In this document: positions 62,214 to 64,000 of the stretch, piece after piece | Layout of the letters: each line of letters starts with the position of its first letter | How positions within the stretch are numbered: position 1 is the stretch's first letter | Source: Capsulimonadaceae bacterium | Lineage (GTDB): Bacteria; Armatimonadota; Armatimonadia; Armatimonadales; Capsulimonadaceae | Direction of reading: 5' to 3' | NCBI GenBank assembly: GCA_965277885.1 | Contig: CBDIDS010000003.1 | Span: 3,019,205 to 3,083,204, forward strand | Length of the DNA: 64,000 bases | The notes under the pieces: model-generated | Told to the model about the DNA's origin: nothing | What the model saw: only the letters and a program-made list of their open reading frames with translations | The model's database searches: none | Made by a program: the position numbers and the translations under genes

Positions 62214-64000
62214 ATGATGTCTGGAAGCGAACCAGTGCCGGACGCCGCCACGATTTTGGAGCAGATCAGCGACGCCTTTCTTCAAGTAGACGCCGACGGG
62301 GGCATCGTCTATGTGAACACGCAGGCGGCAGATGCCTTGCAGCGCACCGACCTTGTCGGGAAACCGCTCTGGGCGGAGTTTGCCGGGCTGGAAGAAAGCG
62401 ACTTCGGACGTGCCTGCCGCCGGGCGCTTGACACCGGAGAAGCGGCGCTGCCGGAAGCGCCGGCGCCCTCTTTTGGGCCGCACATCGCCGCGCGGGCTTA
62501 TCCGTCCGCCGCCGGCCTTTCCATTTACCTGCGAAGCCCGGCGGAGCTGCCGGGGGAAAGCGAGCAGTGGATTCGGACGCTGGCGGCGGCCAGCCCCTGT
62601 GCATTGGTGCTGACGCGCTGGGACGACGGCGCGTTTTTGTATACCAATCAGCATCTGCGCGACTTGATGGGGGGCATGACGGAAGACGAAGCGCTGACGC
62701 ATTTTGCTTCCGAGTTTCTTGTGGACCCGCCGGAGCGCACTCTGCTTTTGGAGGCGGTGGCAGGCCAAAACGGTGTTTACTGCTGGGAAGGCAGATACCG
62801 GAGGCTGGATGGGACGGAGTTCTGGCTGTCCGGTTCCAGCAAGCGCATGACTTACAAAGGCGAGCAGGCCGCTTTGTCGGCGTTCCAGGACACCACTGAA
62901 GCGCGGCGCTGTCTGGAAGAAGCCTGGGAGGAAGCGGACCGTGACCCGCTGACGGGGCTGTTCAACCATCGCGGGTTTCACAAGCAGTTTGACGCTCTGG
63001 CCGAGCGGACAGTGACGGAAAACCGCACCCTGGCGGTGGTCCTGCTGGATTTGGACAACTTCAAGTTCTTCAACGACGCTTACGGCCATGGGGTGGGCGA
63101 CGAAGTGCTGCGCCAGGTCGCCGCGCAGATGCGCGGCGTCTGCCGCCCCGGCGACGTGCCGGCCCGGTTCGGCGGCGACGAGTTCGCCCTGCTGCTGCCG
63201 GTCACGCCGGAGGAGAATGGCGAAGAAAGCGCCACTGCCGCCCGGCTGGAAGCCGCGTTCGGCGGCATCAGCTACACCCCTGCCGGCTATGAGGCGGCAG
63301 TCCCGATTACACTCTCACTCGGCGTCGCCTTTTTCTCCGGCGACGCCTTCTTCTCCGGCGGCGCCCAAAGCCGGCAGGAAGCCATGCGGCTCGCCGATGA
63401 GCGCCTGCGCCAGGCCAAAAGCGGCGCAGGCGCCGGCGGGAAAGCGCACGATCTGCGCCAGGCGCTGCAAAACGAGATCGCCGGCTTCACGATGCTGGAC
63501 GCGCTGGTGACGGCGGTAGACAACAAAGACCGCTACACCCGCCGCCACTCCGAGGACGTTTTGCATTACAGCGGGCAGATTGCCGCCGCGCTCGGCCTGA
63601 ACGCCGCCGCCCGGCGGACCATTGAAGCCGCCGCGCTGCTGCACGACGCGGGCAAGATCGGCATTCCCGACGCCATCCTCCGCAAGCCCGGCAGACTCAC
63701 CGCCGAGGAGCGGGCGGCGGTGCAGCTCCATGCCGGCCTCGGCGCGGTGTTCGTGTCCGCCGTGCCGGGACTGGAAGGGATGCTGGACGCGGTGCGTCAT
63801 CACCATGAGCGGTGGGATGGGGGCGGCTATCCCGACGGGCTGGCGGGAGCAGACATCCCGCTTTCGGCGCGGATCATGGCCGTCGCCGACGCCTTCTCGG
63901 CCATGACAACCGACCGGCCTTACCGCAAGGGACTTGAGCCGGATCGCGCTCTTGCCATCTTAGAAAACGGCGCGGGGCTCCAGTGGGACCCGCAGTGTGT
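62214..64000 (+). CDS. PAS-PAS-GGDEF-HD-GYP signalling protein (3' end outside window)
   Basis: Absent from the ORF track because no stop lies in the window. My translation of frame 3: MMSGSEPVPDAATILEQISDAFLQVDADGGIVYVN... DPLTGLFNHRGF...ARFGGDEFALLLP (GGDEF)... DRYTRRHSEDV...LLHDAGKIGIP...HHHERWDGGGYPDGL (HD-GYP). Confidence 0.85.
   Translation, partial: MMSGSEPVPDAATILEQISDAFLQVDADGGIVYVNTQAADALQRTDLVGKPLWAEFAGLEESDFGRACRRALDTGEAALPEAPAPSFGPHIAARAYPSAAGLSIYLRSPAELPGESEQWIRTLAAASPCALVLTRWDDGAFLYTNQHLRDLMGGMTEDEALTHFASEFLVDPPERTLLLEAVAGQNGVYCWEGRYRRLDGTEFWLSGSSKRMTYKGEQAALSAFQDTTEARRCLEEAWEEADRDPLTGLFNHRGFHKQFDALAERTVTENRTLAVVLLDLDNFKFFNDAYGHGVGDEVLRQVAAQMRGVCRPGDVPARFGGDEFALLLPVTPEENGEESATAARLEAAFGGISYTPAGYEAAVPITLSLGVAFFSGDAFFSGGAQSRQEAMRLADERLRQAKSGAGAGGKAHDLRQALQNEIAGFTMLDALVTAVDNKDRYTRRHSEDVLHYSGQIAAALGLNAAARRTIEAAALLHDAGKIGIPDAILRKPGRLTAEERAAVQLHAGLGAVFVSAVPGLEGMLDAVRHHHERWDGGGYPDGLAGADIPLSARIMAVADAFSAMTTDRPYRKGLEPDRALAILENGAGLQWDPQC

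Overview
High-G+C bacterial chromosomal window with about 60 protein genes. I recognised no rRNA, tRNA or CRISPR array. It starts inside dnaA, so it covers the replication-origin neighbourhood: an intein-interrupted dnaA, an orphan ORF, a ~450-bp non-coding block of short repeats ending in an AT-rich stretch (candidate oriC), recF and a DUF721/DciA-like gene. dnaN and gyrB are not in their usual places. The rest mixes four groups. (1) Housekeeping genes: comEC, nadB, hemC, bioY, def, two S9 peptidases. (2) Envelope and secreted proteins: a DUF1559 pseudopilin-like protein, two PEP-CTERM proteins, an SLH-domain porin, a CsgG-like lipoprotein. This style fits Armatimonadota-like or related phyla, but that is an unverified guess. 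(3) Signalling proteins: HDOD, cyclase-STAND-TPR, Crp, PAS-GAF-PP2C, GAF plus RsbW-like kinase, PAS-GGDEF-HD-GYP. (4) Mobile or accessory DNA: an intact IS1-family element, a decayed IS5-family remnant, BrnT/BrnA, an orphan phage terminase, a visibly lower-G+C islet, and at least two families of MITE-like palindromic repeats. Points most worth follow-up: the intein in the DnaA P-loop; the non-canonical repeat architecture of the putative origin; MITE-like elements that supply Shine-Dalgarno sequences and C-terminal codons to flanking genes; three tandem small ORFs sharing a C-terminal H-x-P-P-G-G motif behind a hydrolase/cyclase-STAND operon; an R-N-x-x-x-H (HEPN-type) protein coupled to an unknown partner; a promoter-hairpin-terminator unit that looks like a small RNA or attenuator; and four to five single-base frame breaks at homopolymer runs, which probably reflect assembly indels. 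All calls come from reading the sequence and the supplied ORF translations. No searches or calculations were run, and repeat or motif coordinates may be off by a few bases.
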